Assembly: GCA_045626925.1 (NCBI GenBank)
Contig: JAZUQZ010000001.1
Span: forward strand, 40,432 to 104,431
Source of the DNA: Candidatus Aphodoplasma sp.
GTDB lineage: Bacteria; Bacillota; Clostridia; UBA1381; UMGS1253
Direction: 5' to 3'
DNA: 64,000 bases
Shown one piece after another: positions 1 through 11,071 of this stretch. The notes below the pieces were generated by a model. The model saw only the letters and a list, made by a program, of their open reading frames with translations. It was not told where the DNA came from and did not search any database. Position 1 is the first letter of the stretch. Every line of letters starts with the position of its first letter. A program made the translations under genes and the position numbers.

Positions 1-2
1 TT

Positions 3-176
3 TATAAAATGCTTGGACTTCCACAAGAACTTTATACACCACTTTTTGCAGTGTCGCGTATAGTTGGTTGGAGTGCGCATAGAATAGAAGAAATTACAAC
101 AAATAACAAGATTATGCGTCCTGCGTACAAATCGGTTATTTCGTCTCGCCCGTATGAAAATATGGACGAAAGATAA
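3..176 (+). CDS. citrate synthase family protein, C-terminal fragment (5' end lies outside the window)
   Basis: Frame 3 is open from the window edge to TAA 174-176: YKMLGLPQELYTPLFAVSRIVGWSAHRIEEITTNNKIMRPAYKSV... The LFAxSRxxGWxAHxxE...RPxxxY block is the conserved C-terminus of citrate/2-methylcitrate synthases. Confidence 0.7.
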   Translation, partial: YKMLGLPQELYTPLFAVSRIVGWSAHRIEEITTNNKIMRPAYKSVISSRPYENMDER

Positions 177-203
177 AGTGAAATAATAGAAAATGGTGGT
201 AGT

Positions 204-977
204 ATGCTTTTTGATACACACTCTCATTTAGATGATGAGAGGTTTGATGCTGATAGAGATGAACTTATTACACAAATTTATAACGAGTTTGATGTGGACT
301 TGATTATGGTTGTCGGTTCTGATATTGAGTCATCAATTCGAGCGATAAAGCTTGCGGAAAAGTATGGATTTATATATGCGGCGGTTGGCGTGCACCCGCA
401 CGATGTAGCAAATATGACCCAAGACGATATTGATACATTAAGACAATTGTGCTCGCATAAAAAGGTAAAAGCTATCGGTGAGATTGGACTTGATTATTAT
501 TATGACAATTCTCCGAGAGAGTTGCAAAAACAGTGGTTTGCGCGCCAGATGCAGCTTGCACAAGAGGTTTCGCTTCCTGTTATAATTCATGATCGCGATG
601 CCCACGCAGATTGTATGGAGATTTTGCGTCGGGAACGGGTTGATATTACAGGTGGTGTTTTCCATTGTTTTTCGGGCAGTGTAGAAATGGCGAAAGAGGC
701 GCTTGGACTTGGGATGTATATCTCTTTCGCAGGACCGCTCACATATAAAAATGCAGTAAAGACCGTTGATGTTGCGCACGAGGTACCAATTGAAAAAATT
801 TTTGTTGAAACAGATTGTCCGTACCTTGCACCTGTACCGCACAGAGGTGAACGCAATCATTCCGGCTATGTTGGATGCACGGTGGCAAAGCTTGCTGAAA
901 TAAAGGGGATTTCGTACGAGCAAGCTGCAAAAATTACCAGGCAAAACGCGATTGAATTTTTTAAAATTGATGTTTAA
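204..977 (+). CDS. TatD/YabD-family metal-dependent hydrolase
   Basis: 257 aa. Motifs: N-terminal DTHSHLD, GEIGLDYYY, IIHDRDAH, ETDCPYLAP. GGTGG SD-like sequence upstream. Confidence 0.9.
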   Translation: MLFDTHSHLDDERFDADRDELITQIYNEFDVDLIMVVGSDIESSIRAIKLAEKYGFIYAAVGVHPHDVANMTQDDIDTLRQLCSHKKVKAIGEIGLDYYYDNSPRELQKQWFARQMQLAQEVSLPVIIHDRDAHADCMEILRRERVDITGGVFHCFSGSVEMAKEALGLGMYISFAGPLTYKNAVKTVDVAHEVPIEKIFVETDCPYLAPVPHRGERNHSGYVGCTVAKLAEIKGISYEQAAKITRQNAIEFFKIDV

Positions 978-984
978 AAAATAA

Positions 985-1030
985 AAAAAGTGACTTTTGT
1001 TACAGGCTTACAGAGTCACTTTTTTCTTTT
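985..1030 (+). terminator. rho-independent terminator after the tatD-like gene
   Basis: Arms AAAAAGTGACT (985-995) and AGTCACTTTTT (1014-1024), followed by a T-run to 1030. The loop is long, with an internal TGT/ACA pairing. Confidence 0.6.
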
Positions 1031-1106
1031 ATATACATATAAAATTGATTTTGAGCCAAAATATAACAAGCATACAGAAAAGACAAAAATATAATGGCAA
1101 AATATG

Positions 1107-1135
1107 TTGATAGTTTTGCTTTATTAGTGTATAAT
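1107..1135 (+). promoter_or_regulatory. sigma-A type promoter for the pseudouridine synthase gene
   Basis: TTGATA (1107-1112), 17-nt spacer, TATAAT (1130-1135). Confidence 0.55.
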
Positions 1136-1170
1136 AATTGTGATAAAAATATTGTCGGGAGGACAAGATT

Positions 1171-1896
1171 ATGGGAGAAATTGTAAGATTACAAAAGTAT
1201 ATTGCGATGTGCGGAGCCGCATCGCGCAGACATGCCGAAGAATTTATAATAAATGGCAGAGTAAAAGTCGACGGCAAGCTTGTTTATGAACTTGGCACAA
1301 AGGTGGAAATCGGTGCAAATCGTGTCTATCTTGATGATGAAGAGCTTGAAATAGTAAAAAAGAAATATTATATTATGCTCAACAAACCGTATGGCTATAT
1401 AAGTGCAGTAAAGGACCAGTTTGAACGCGAAACGGTTATTGACTTGTTAAAGGACGAAATAAATGTGAGCTTGCATCCGGTTGGAAGGCTTGACTATGAT
1501 ACAGAAGGGCTGATTCTTCTCACAAATGATGGCGATTTTACATATCGTATTACGCATCCAAAGAATAATGTTGGTAAAACATATATTGCAACATTAAAGG
1601 GCGGGATTACGATAAAACACCTTGCCGCACTAAGACGCGGTATCAAGGTAGAGGATTACAAGACATCACCTGCTGATGTTGATTTGCTTGATAGTGTGCC
1701 TGGTCAAAGCAGAGTAAAAATTACAATTCATGAGGGCAAAAACAGACAAGTGAGAAAAATGTTTGAGTCGCTTGGTTATACTGTTTCGGCGTTAAAGAGA
1801 ATTGCGATAGGTAATGTAGAGCTTGGCAATTTGGCCGAGGGCAGATGGCGTCATCTTACAAACTATGAGGTATCATATTTGATGGGCAAAAAATAA
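1171..1896 (+). CDS. pseudouridine synthase, RsuA/RluB family (S4 domain plus catalytic domain)
   Basis: 241 aa. N-terminal S4-like RLQKYIAMCGAASRRHAEEFIINGRVKVDG. Catalytic-Asp motif HPVGRLDYDTEGLILLTNDG. Confidence 0.88.
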   Translation: MGEIVRLQKYIAMCGAASRRHAEEFIINGRVKVDGKLVYELGTKVEIGANRVYLDDEELEIVKKKYYIMLNKPYGYISAVKDQFERETVIDLLKDEINVSLHPVGRLDYDTEGLILLTNDGDFTYRITHPKNNVGKTYIATLKGGITIKHLAALRRGIKVEDYKTSPADVDLLDSVPGQSRVKITIHEGKNRQVRKMFESLGYTVSALKRIAIGNVELGNLAEGRWRHLTNYEVSYLMGKK

Positions 1897-1925
1897 TACA
1901 AATAATGAAGTGTTGGGGGATAAAT

Positions 1926-2291
1926 ATGTTAGAGTTTAAGGTTGTACTTGAAAAAGGGAATGCGCAAGAATATTTGAACGAACACAAAATCGATACAGAT
2001 ATATCAAAAATGATGGTTATGAATGTAGTTGAGGGAGAAAAAATTGTCGGCGTAGGAGCACTTAGTATGGATATTACGGGCGCTGTGCTTGAAGAAATTT
2101 GTGCCGATAATCAACAGATAGAATATGGTCTTGGAAAAGCTATGCTAAATGCGCTTGACCTTGGTGGAATCAAAAATATTTATATCAAAAACGACGCATT
2201 AAAGGATATAGCGGCAAAGCTTTTGTTTAAAGAAAATGATAAAGGAGAGCTTTTCCTTTGCCTTGAAGGATACTTTGAAGGCGGCTGTTAA
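1926..2291 (+). CDS. hypothetical protein with a GNAT-like motif A
   Basis: The track ORF starts at 1905, but GGGGGA (1915-1920) sits 5 nt before ATG 1926. 121 aa. QQIEYGLGKAMLNAL resembles acetyltransferase motif A (Q/RxxGxG). C-terminus is LEGYFEGGC. Function is not recognised. Confidence 0.5.
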   Translation: MLEFKVVLEKGNAQEYLNEHKIDTDISKMMVMNVVEGEKIVGVGALSMDITGAVLEEICADNQQIEYGLGKAMLNALDLGGIKNIYIKNDALKDIAAKLLFKENDKGELFLCLEGYFEGGC

Positions 2292-2329
2292 AACAGAGAA
2301 AAATATTTATTTTTTTTTGTTATTTCTAC

Positions 2330-2358
2330 TTGTAATTATGTGTTTTTTGGTTTATAAT
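2330..2358 (+). promoter_or_regulatory. sigma-A type promoter of the decarboxylase operon
   Basis: TTGTAA (2330-2335), 17-nt spacer, TATAAT (2353-2358). Confidence 0.55.
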
Positions 2359-2439
2359 GTATAATTAGGAGATAATTGAAATTTGTTTTGGAAAATTTTC
2401 TGCTTTTTACTATAAAAATACAAAGTTGAGGTGATATGT

Positions 2440-2763
2440 GTGACGAATTTTTCTAACGGTTCATTAGTTGCTTTGCAGGGCATATTGATTGTTTTTACTG
2501 TACTTGTAGTGCTGATGCTTGTTTTGCAAGTTATGAAATTGTTTGCAAAAAAAGATACAGATGCAGAAGCTAAAAACGAAACTGTCACTGCATCTGAAAA
2601 TAATATTATAGTTAGTGAACAAACAGACGATGATGAAATAATTGCAGTTATTTCGGCGGCTGTTGCGGCCATGAGTGGCGATGATGTAACAAAAAGGCTT
2701 CGCGTTATGTCAATAAAAAGACAAGGAAGCGCAGCGCCTCTTTGGAGCGCTACAAAAAAATAA
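2440..2763 (+). CDS. OadG-family small membrane subunit (gamma) of a Na+-translocating decarboxylase
   Basis: One N-terminal TM helix (LVALQGILIVFTVLVVLMLVLQVM) followed by a charged tail. It is the first gene of the decarboxylase operon. The start is uncertain: track GTG 2431 overlaps SD GAGGTG (2428-2433), while the in-frame GTG 2440 has 6-nt spacing. Confidence 0.65.
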   Translation: MTNFSNGSLVALQGILIVFTVLVVLMLVLQVMKLFAKKDTDAEAKNETVTASENNIIVSEQTDDDEIIAVISAAVAAMSGDDVTKRLRVMSIKRQGSAAPLWSATKK

Positions 2764-2802
2764 GATTTAATAAAATTGTTTTTAAATTAGGAGGATGTTA
2801 AA

Positions 2803-3168
2803 ATGAAAAAGTTTGTAATAAAAGTAAATGGCAATGTTTATGATGTAGAAGTTGAAGAAACTGCAGGTTTTGTGAATACACCTATAAGTGCACCTGCACA
2901 GACACCGGCACCTGCACCTGCACCGGCTGTAGCACCAGCATCGGCACCGGCCGGCGCAACGGTAGTTTCTGCCCCAATGCCGGGAACAATTCTTGATATA
3001 AAGGTTTCTGCAGGTCAAAGCGTAAAGGCAGGCGATGTACTTTGTGTTCTTGAAGCTATGAAAATGGAAAACGAAATTGTAGCACCGGCTGCAGGTGTTG
3101 TAGCAGCAATAAATACAAGCAAAGGCGCAAGTGTAAACACAGGAGATGCCCTTGTTTCAATTAACTAA
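2803..3168 (+). CDS. biotin carboxyl-carrier subunit (biotinyl/lipoyl domain)
   Basis: 121 aa. AGGAGG SD. Ala/Pro-rich linker PAQTPAPAPAPAVAPASAPAGA, then a biotinyl domain with the CVLEAMKMENEI biotinylation motif. Confidence 0.9.
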   Translation: MKKFVIKVNGNVYDVEVEETAGFVNTPISAPAQTPAPAPAPAVAPASAPAGATVVSAPMPGTILDIKVSAGQSVKAGDVLCVLEAMKMENEIVAPAAGVVAAINTSKGASVNTGDALVSIN

Positions 3169-3204
3169 TTGTTTAAATGATATACAGAAATGGAGTGACT
3201 GCTT

Positions 3205-4434
3205 GTGCAAAGTTTTTTAGATGGTTTTTCAAAATTTGCAAATAGTACGGGTATAGCACTGCTTTTTAATTCGGGCACAGATTGGTGGAAAACACTTATA
3301 ATGATAGCTGTTGCATGTGTTTTGCTATATCTTGCGATTGTTAAAAAGTTTGAGCCGCTTTTGCTTGCGCCGATTGCTTTCGGTATGCTTTTGGCAAATT
3401 TGCCGCAAACGGCATCAATTATGCATCCTGAATGGTTTTCAAACCCGCAATATTTTATAAATGGACATATAGATTATGGCAAAGTGCTCAATGAGGGCGG
3501 TTTGCTTGATTTGTTGTATCTTGGTGTAAAACTTGGAATATATCCGCCACTGATATTCCTTGGCATAGGTGCTATGACTGACTTTGGACCGCTTATTGCA
3601 AATCCAAAGAGCATTCTTCTTGGTGCCGCTGCCCAGATTGGCGTATTTTTCACTTTCCTTGGTGCGTTGTTTATAGGCGACATGGGATGGGCAAACTTTG
3701 GATTTAATGAAGCAGGGTCAATTGGCATAATTGGTGGAGCTGATGGACCGACTGCAATATTTGTTACAAAGACACTTGCACCGACTCTTTTGCCTGCGAT
3801 TGCGATTGCGGCATATTCATACATGGCACTTGTGCCGATTATTCAACCGCCTATTATGAAAGCTCTTACAACAAAAAAAGAGCGCGGTGTTGTAATGGAA
3901 CAGCTTCGTGAAGTGTCGAAAAAAGAGAAAATTATTTTTCCGATTGTCGTAACAATTGTTGTTGGACTTATAATTCCTGATGCAATACCGCTCGTAGGTA
4001 TGCTTATGCTTGGCAACTTATTTAAAGAGTGTGGCGTTGTGGACAGAATAAGCAAAACTGCTCAAAATGAGCTTATAAATATCGTTACAATATTCCTTGG
4101 CATAACTGTTGGCGGCACTGCTACGGCAAATGCATTCCTCACAACAGAAACACTAATGATTGTTGTACTTGGTTTGGTTGCATTTGCAATAAGTACTGCC
4201 GGCGGCGTGCTGTTTGGCAAGCTTATGTATTTGTTTACAGGTGGCAAGGTTAATCCGCTTATTGGCAGTGCAGGCGTATCTGCCGTTCCAATGGCGGCTC
4301 GTGTATCACAAAAGGTTGGGCAAGAGGAAAATCCTTCAAACTTTCTTCTTATGCATGCTATGGGACCAAATGTTGCAGGCGTAATAGGCAGTGCTGTAGC
4401 AGCGGGCGTATTCCTTTCGATGTTCGCAAAATAA
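3205..4434 (+). CDS. sodium-ion-translocating decarboxylase beta subunit (OadB/MmdB/GcdB family)
   Basis: 409 aa polytopic membrane protein. GTG start preceded by [20 protein letters not shown] block and overall beta-subunit pattern. Confidence 0.88.
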   Translation: MQSFLDGFSKFANSTGIALLFNSGTDWWKTLIMIAVACVLLYLAIVKKFEPLLLAPIAFGMLLANLPQTASIMHPEWFSNPQYFINGHIDYGKVLNEGGLLDLLYLGVKLGIYPPLIFLGIGAMTDFGPLIANPKSILLGAAAQIGVFFTFLGALFIGDMGWANFGFNEAGSIGIIGGADGPTAIFVTKTLAPTLLPAIAIAAYSYMALVPIIQPPIMKALTTKKERGVVMEQLREVSKKEKIIFPIVVTIVVGLIIPDAIPLVGMLMLGNLFKECGVVDRISKTAQNELINIVTIFLGITVGGTATANAFLTTETLMIVVLGLVAFAISTAGGVLFGKLMYLFTGGKVNPLIGSAGVSAVPMAARVSQKVGQEENPSNFLLMHAMGPNVAGVIGSAVAAGVFLSMFAK

Positions 4435-4467
4435 GATTAGAAAATGATATTAAATGAGGTGAATAGT

Positions 4468-5874
4468 ATGGCGGCAAATAAACCGGTAAAAATCACAGAA
4501 ACAGTACTAAGAGATGCCCACCAGTCGCTTATTGCAACGCGTATGACGACTGATGATATACTTCCTATTGTCGAAAAACTTGATAAAGTAGGTTATAACT
4601 CGCTTGAGGCATGGGGCGGCGCAACATTTGATGCGTGCTTGCGTTTTCTCAATGAGGACCCGTGGGAAAGACTTAGAAAGATAAAAGATAAGGCAAAAAA
4701 CACGCCTTTGCAGATGCTTTTCAGAGGACAAAACATCCTTGGTTATAAGCATTATGCAGATGATGTTGTTGATTATTTTGTAAAAAAATCCGTAGATAAT
4801 GGTATCGATATAATTCGTATATTTGATGCTTTAAATGATGTGCGAAACCTTGAAGCTGCGATAAAAGCAGCAAATTCAGCAAAAGCACATGTACAGGCTA
4901 CGCTTTGTTATACAATAAGTCCTGTGCATAATAACGAGTCGTTCGCAAAGCTTGCAAAGCAACTTGAGCAAATGGGTGCTGATTCGATTTGTATAAAGGA
5001 TATGGCAGGCTTGTTGCTTCCTTATACGGCGTACGACCTTGTAAAGTCGATTAAAGAAATGGTAAAGATTCCTGTCCAGCTTCATACTCACTATACGAGT
5101 GGTGTTGCATCGATGACATACATGAAGGCTATTGAGGCAGGTGTTGATATTATTGACTGTGCTATGTCGCCTTTGTCGATGGGCACATCCCAGCCTGCAA
5201 CAGAGTCGATGGTTGCTGCTCTTCAAGGCACAGAGCATGATACGGGTTATGATTTGCAACTTTTGACTGAGATTGCAGACTATTTCAGACCGCTTCGTGA
5301 GCAATACCTTGAAAGTGGACTTATGAGCACAAAAGTTATGGGCGTAGATGTAAATACACTTTTGTATCAGGTTCCGGGTGGAATGCTTTCAAACCTTGTA
5401 TCCCAGCTCAAACAACAAGGCAAGGAAGACAAACTTATGGATGTATTAAAAGAGGTTCCGCGTGTGCGTGAAGACCTTGGTTTTCCACCACTTGTTACAC
5501 CATCAAGCCAAATTGTTGGTACACAGGCTGTGCTTAATGTATTGACTGGCGAGAGATATAAGATGATTTCAAACGAAACAAAGGGCATTGTTCGTGGCGA
5601 ATATGGCCAGACGCCTGTGCCGATTTCGGATGAAATTGTTAAGAAAATTATTGGCGATGAGCAAAGAATTACATGTCGTCCGGCAGACAATATTGAGCCC
5701 GAACTTGACAAGCTAAGAGACGAAATCAAAGAGTATATTGAGCAGGACGAGGATGTATTGTCTTATGCACTTTTTGGACCTGTTGCAAAGAAGTTCTTTG
5801 AGTGGCGTCGTGCCCAAAAAAACAACCTTGATATTGAGTATATTGATATGGATTCAGCGTCATATCCCGTTTGA
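4468..5874 (+). CDS. carboxyltransferase (alpha) subunit, OadA / pyruvate carboxylase 5S type, without its own biotinyl domain
   Basis: The track ORF starts at 4444. SD GAGGTG lies upstream of ATG 4468. ITETVLRDAHQSL is the N-terminal HMGL-like TIM-barrel motif. About 468 aa, with no C-terminal MKM motif. Confidence 0.88.
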   Translation: MAANKPVKITETVLRDAHQSLIATRMTTDDILPIVEKLDKVGYNSLEAWGGATFDACLRFLNEDPWERLRKIKDKAKNTPLQMLFRGQNILGYKHYADDVVDYFVKKSVDNGIDIIRIFDALNDVRNLEAAIKAANSAKAHVQATLCYTISPVHNNESFAKLAKQLEQMGADSICIKDMAGLLLPYTAYDLVKSIKEMVKIPVQLHTHYTSGVASMTYMKAIEAGVDIIDCAMSPLSMGTSQPATESMVAALQGTEHDTGYDLQLLTEIADYFRPLREQYLESGLMSTKVMGVDVNTLLYQVPGGMLSNLVSQLKQQGKEDKLMDVLKEVPRVREDLGFPPLVTPSSQIVGTQAVLNVLTGERYKMISNETKGIVRGEYGQTPVPISDEIVKKIIGDEQRITCRPADNIEPELDKLRDEIKEYIEQDEDVLSYALFGPVAKKFFEWRRAQKNNLDIEYIDMDSASYPV

Positions 5875-5961
5875 TAAAGCTTATAAGCTTGTAAATAGAA
5901 TAATAAGACCTCTGCGTGCATAGTCTTTTATAAGAAAGCTATGTATGGGGAGGTTTTTTTA

Positions 5962-7116
5962 TTGTTAAGACGAATTTTTGCTTTGCTATTAGTCTGTTTG
6001 ATATCATTTGGCACAATGTGTGCATATGCCGAAGAAAGCGCACCGACGCTTGACCTTTCGGCAAAGTCTGCTATACTTATTGAACAAACGAGCGGAAAGG
6101 TACTATTTGAAAAAAACGCTGATGAACAACTGCCTCTTGCGAGCGTGACAAAGATTATGACGATGCTTTTGACTATGGAGGCACTTGATAGCGGAAAAAT
6201 TATGCTTGACGATATGGTTGTAGCAAGCGAACGCGCAAAAAGCATGGGTGGCTCGACAATATTTCTCGACACAGGCGAAGAAATGAGTGTGCATGATTTG
6301 TTAAAAGGAATCGCAGTTGCAAGCGGTAATGATGCATGCGTAGCTATGGCGGAGCACATAGCAGGCAGTGAGGAAGGCTTTGTTATGATGATGAATAACA
6401 GAGCACAAGAGCTTGGGATGATAAACACGCATTTTGTAAACACAAATGGGCTGGATGCTGATGGACATTATTCGTCAGCACGCGATATTTCAATTATGTC
6501 GCGCGAGCTTTTAAAGCATCCAAAAATTTTTGACTACACAACAATATGGATGGACAGTCTTCGTGACGGAAAATTTCAGCTTGCAAATACAAACAAGCTT
6601 ATACGCTTTTATAAGGGGGCAAACGGCTTAAAAACAGGCTCTACAGATAAGGCTCTTTCGTGTCTTTCGGCGAGTGCGCTCCGTGATAATATGCAGCTTA
6701 TATGTGTTGTTATGGCAGCACCGACATCGCAAAATCGCTTTGCTGATGCATCGAAAATGCTTGATTTTGGCTTTGCGAATTATGCAGTGAAAAGAATTAT
6801 ATCAAAGGATGAAAAAATTGGTGATGTTGCCGTTTTAAAAGGTGTGCAAAATAGTGTAGGCGCGGTTGCAAAGAATGATTATGATGCCCTTATTTCAAAA
6901 GGAGCAGATAAAAACATAGAGCGCGTGACAATGTTTGATGAAAATATCAGCGCTCCTGTAAAAATGGGCGACAAATTAGGCGAAATAAGCTTAATCGACT
7001 CTGATGGCGAACAAATTTCGACCGTAGAGATTGTTGCTGAAAATGATGTTGAAATGCTTAATTATGGAATGATTTTTACGAGAATTTTAACAAAATGGTT
7101 ATCAAGTGTGATTTGA
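5962..7116 (+). CDS. D-alanyl-D-alanine carboxypeptidase (PBP5/DacB/DacF type, S11 peptidase)
   Basis: SxxK (ASVTKIMT), SxN (ASGNDA), KTG (LKTGST). Signal peptide LLRRIFALLLVCLISFGTMCAYA. The track starts at ATG 5941, but GGGGAGG (5947-5953) favours TTG 5962. Confidence 0.88.
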   Translation: MLRRIFALLLVCLISFGTMCAYAEESAPTLDLSAKSAILIEQTSGKVLFEKNADEQLPLASVTKIMTMLLTMEALDSGKIMLDDMVVASERAKSMGGSTIFLDTGEEMSVHDLLKGIAVASGNDACVAMAEHIAGSEEGFVMMMNNRAQELGMINTHFVNTNGLDADGHYSSARDISIMSRELLKHPKIFDYTTIWMDSLRDGKFQLANTNKLIRFYKGANGLKTGSTDKALSCLSASALRDNMQLICVVMAAPTSQNRFADASKMLDFGFANYAVKRIISKDEKIGDVAVLKGVQNSVGAVAKNDYDALISKGADKNIERVTMFDENISAPVKMGDKLGEISLIDSDGEQISTVEIVAENDVEMLNYGMIFTRILTKWLSSVI

Positions 7117-7123
7117 AGTAAAA

Positions 7124-7160
7124 CATAAAAGGTGCCAAGCAGGCACCTTTTATGTTTTGG
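7124..7160 (+). terminator. rho-independent terminator after the carboxypeptidase gene
   Basis: CATAAAAGGTGCC (7124-7136), loop AAGCA, GGCACCTTTTATG (7142-7154), then TTTTGG. Confidence 0.8.
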
Positions 7161-7190
7161 TTGACATATTGGCATAAAATGTGATAAAAT
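7161..7190 (+). promoter_or_regulatory. sigma-A type promoter for lysA
   Basis: TTGACA (7161-7166), 18-nt spacer, TGaTAAAAT extended -10 (7182-7190). Confidence 0.55.
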
Positions 7191-7233
7191 ATATACAATT
7201 TCTTATAAACATCTGTTTTTAGGGGGACTTAAA

Positions 7234-8532
7234 TTGTTTATATCTGAATGTCTTGATATAAATTCGAACAATCATCTTCAAATAGGTGGTGTTGATACAG
7301 TAGAGCTTGTTGAGCAATATAAAACACCGCTTTATGTAATGGATGAGGATTTGATACGCAAAAATTGCAGAATATATAAAGATGCCGTTGATAAATATTA
7401 TGATGGAAACGGCCTTGTTTTATATGCATCAAAAGCCTTTTCGTGCAAATATATATATAAGCTTTTAGATGAGGAAGGTTTTGGCATAGATGTTGTATCG
7501 GGAGGCGAACTTTATACAGCGTTAAAGTCGGGTTTTCCCATGGAGCGTGTATATTTCCATGGAAATAACAAGACAAATGATGAGCTTGAGCTTGCTATAA
7601 AAAATGGCGTTGGCAGAATTGTTATTGATAATGTGTTTGAACTTGAACGAGTTGACAAAATTTGTGCAAAATATAATACAATTACAAAAATTTTATTTCG
7701 TATAAAGCCCGGCATAGATGCACATACGCATGATTTTATTCAAACGGGCCAAATTGATTCAAAATTTGGTGTAGCGCTTGAAACGGGCGAGGCTATGGAT
7801 ATTATTGCAAAAGCATCACAGCTTAAAAATGTTGAGGTTGTAGGTGTACATTGTCATATAGGCTCACAAATTTTTGAGCTTGAACCGTTTGTGCTTGCGG
7901 CAAAGGTTATGACAAACTTTATTGCAGATATAAAGGACAAGCTTGGCATAACTGTCAGTGAGTTAAATCTTGGTGGCGGTTTTGGTATAAAGTATGTCGA
8001 TTCTGACGATCCGATTAAGTATGATGAGTATATAAAATCTGTATCAGAAACAGTAAAAAATGAAACTACGGCACGCGGTGTTGCTATGCCAAAAATCATT
8101 ATGGAGCCTGGGCGCTCACTTGTTGGTTCTGCAGGCATCACTCTTTACACTATTGGTGCAGTAAAGGAAATACCAAATGTGCGCACATATGTATCGGTTG
8201 ATGGTGGCATGTGTGATAATCCGCGATATATATTGTATCAATCTGAGTACAGTATGCTTTTGGCAAACAGAGCAAATGAGGACGCAAACACAGCCGTTAC
8301 AGTTGCGGGCAAATGTTGTGAGTCGGGCGATTTGCTTGGTAAAGATATAATGCTTCCAAAGGTTAATGCGGGAGATGTTTTAGCGGTGCTTGCTACGGGT
8401 GCATATAACTATTCTATGTCAAGTAACTATAACAGGATTCCGCGTCCGCCTGTCGTTATGGTAAGCAACGGCAAATCAAAGATAGTTGTGCGTCGCGAAA
8501 CATATGACGATATTTTAAAAAACGATATTTGA
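7234..8532 (+). CDS. lysA: diaminopimelate decarboxylase
   Basis: 432 aa. TTG start 6 nt after GGGGGA (7222-7227). Motifs: PLP-lysine region LYASKAF, HCHIGSQ, EPGRSLV, CCESGD. Confidence 0.92.
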   Translation: MFISECLDINSNNHLQIGGVDTVELVEQYKTPLYVMDEDLIRKNCRIYKDAVDKYYDGNGLVLYASKAFSCKYIYKLLDEEGFGIDVVSGGELYTALKSGFPMERVYFHGNNKTNDELELAIKNGVGRIVIDNVFELERVDKICAKYNTITKILFRIKPGIDAHTHDFIQTGQIDSKFGVALETGEAMDIIAKASQLKNVEVVGVHCHIGSQIFELEPFVLAAKVMTNFIADIKDKLGITVSELNLGGGFGIKYVDSDDPIKYDEYIKSVSETVKNETTARGVAMPKIIMEPGRSLVGSAGITLYTIGAVKEIPNVRTYVSVDGGMCDNPRYILYQSEYSMLLANRANEDANTAVTVAGKCCESGDLLGKDIMLPKVNAGDVLAVLATGAYNYSMSSNYNRIPRPPVVMVSNGKSKIVVRRETYDDILKNDI

Positions 8533-8549
8533 GTAATAATACAATTTAT

Positions 8550-8581
8550 AATTCGGCTTTGCTGTTTTGCGGAGCCGAATT
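8550..8581 (+). terminator. hairpin after lysA (possible terminator, weak U-tail)
   Basis: 13-bp stem AATTCGGCTTTGC / GCGGAGCCGAATT with two G-U pairs and a 6-nt loop. The tail is GTTATAATT, which also contains a TGtTATAAT extended -10 (8581-8589) for dusB. Confidence 0.45.
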
Positions 8582-8613
8582 GTTATAATTAAGAAACAAA
8601 GGGGGAGTAATGT

Positions 8614-9567
8614 TTGAAAATCGGCAGCTTTGAAATCGAAAACAATGTTTTTCTTGCGCCGATGGCAGGCGTTACCGATAGTGCGTTCAGACGCATATGC
8701 AAACGTTTTGGGGCAGGACTTGTGTATACAGAAATGATAAGTGCAAAAGCGCTGCATTATCATGATAAAAAGACTGAAAAAATGCTTGCTGTTCACGAAG
8801 AAGAAAAACCGTTTGCAGTCCAGATTTTTGGCAGCGAGCCGGATATAATGGCAGGTATTGCGAGCGATGCATTAAAAACGGGTGCAGCTATTCTTGATAT
8901 AAATATGGGATGCCCTGCACCGAAAATTGTAAATAATGGCGATGGCTCGTCGCTTATGCGTGAGCCTGATAAAATATATAAAATTGTATCGGCTCTAAAG
9001 CGTGTAAGCAGTGTGCCCGTAACCGTAAAAATCCGCAAGGGTTTTGATGATGAGCATATAAATGCAGTTGAGGTTGCACTTGCTATCCAAGAAGGTGGTG
9101 CGGACGCAATTACGGTTCACGGCAGAACGCGCACACAATATTATAGCGGCAAAGCAGATTATGATATAATCCGCGAGGTAAAAAATGCTCTTAAAATTCC
9201 CGTCATAGGAAACGGCGATGTTTTTTGTGCAGATGACGCAGTAAAAATGTTTGAAGTTACGGGATGTGACGCAGTTATGATTGGACGCGGCGCCCAAGGC
9301 AACCCCTTTATTTTCAAACAAATAAACGAATATATCAAAACCGGAAAAATCACATATATACCAACGCTTGAAGAAAAAATAGAAACAATGCTGTGCCAGC
9401 TTGATATGATGATTGAAGCAAAAGGAGAGCATATTGCAGTTTGCGAGGCGCGCAAGCATGCTGCGTGGTATTTAAAGGGTGAAAAGAACTCTGCGTCGGT
9501 ACGCGGAGCAGTAAATACAGCAAATTCTGCATTAGAGTTAAAAAATATATTGCAAAATTTGTTATAA
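8614..9567 (+). CDS. dusB: tRNA-dihydrouridine synthase
   Basis: 317 aa. TTG start 6 nt after GGGGGAG. Motifs: FLAPMAGVTD, ILDINMGCPAPKIV (catalytic Cys region). Confidence 0.9.
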   Translation: MKIGSFEIENNVFLAPMAGVTDSAFRRICKRFGAGLVYTEMISAKALHYHDKKTEKMLAVHEEEKPFAVQIFGSEPDIMAGIASDALKTGAAILDINMGCPAPKIVNNGDGSSLMREPDKIYKIVSALKRVSSVPVTVKIRKGFDDEHINAVEVALAIQEGGADAITVHGRTRTQYYSGKADYDIIREVKNALKIPVIGNGDVFCADDAVKMFEVTGCDAVMIGRGAQGNPFIFKQINEYIKTGKITYIPTLEEKIETMLCQLDMMIEAKGEHIAVCEARKHAAWYLKGEKNSASVRGAVNTANSALELKNILQNLL

Positions 9568-9583
9568 TATGATAACATAGTAA

Positions 9584-11068
<1,485 letters not shown>

Positions 11069-11071
11069 TAT

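Noticed and set aside
2782-3018. Minus-strand ORF with a striking RCRCRCRC repeat.
   Set aside because: It is the reverse-complement reading of the Ala/Pro-rich linker (GCACCTGCACCG repeats) of the biotin carrier protein, not an independent gene or DNA repeat element.
5877-5890. A perfect 14-bp palindrome AAGCTTATAAGCTT immediately after the carboxyltransferase stop codon.
   Set aside because: It has no loop, is short and AT-rich, and is followed only by a weak 5-bp hairpin. It could be a protein-binding site, but there is no second copy or supporting context in the window.
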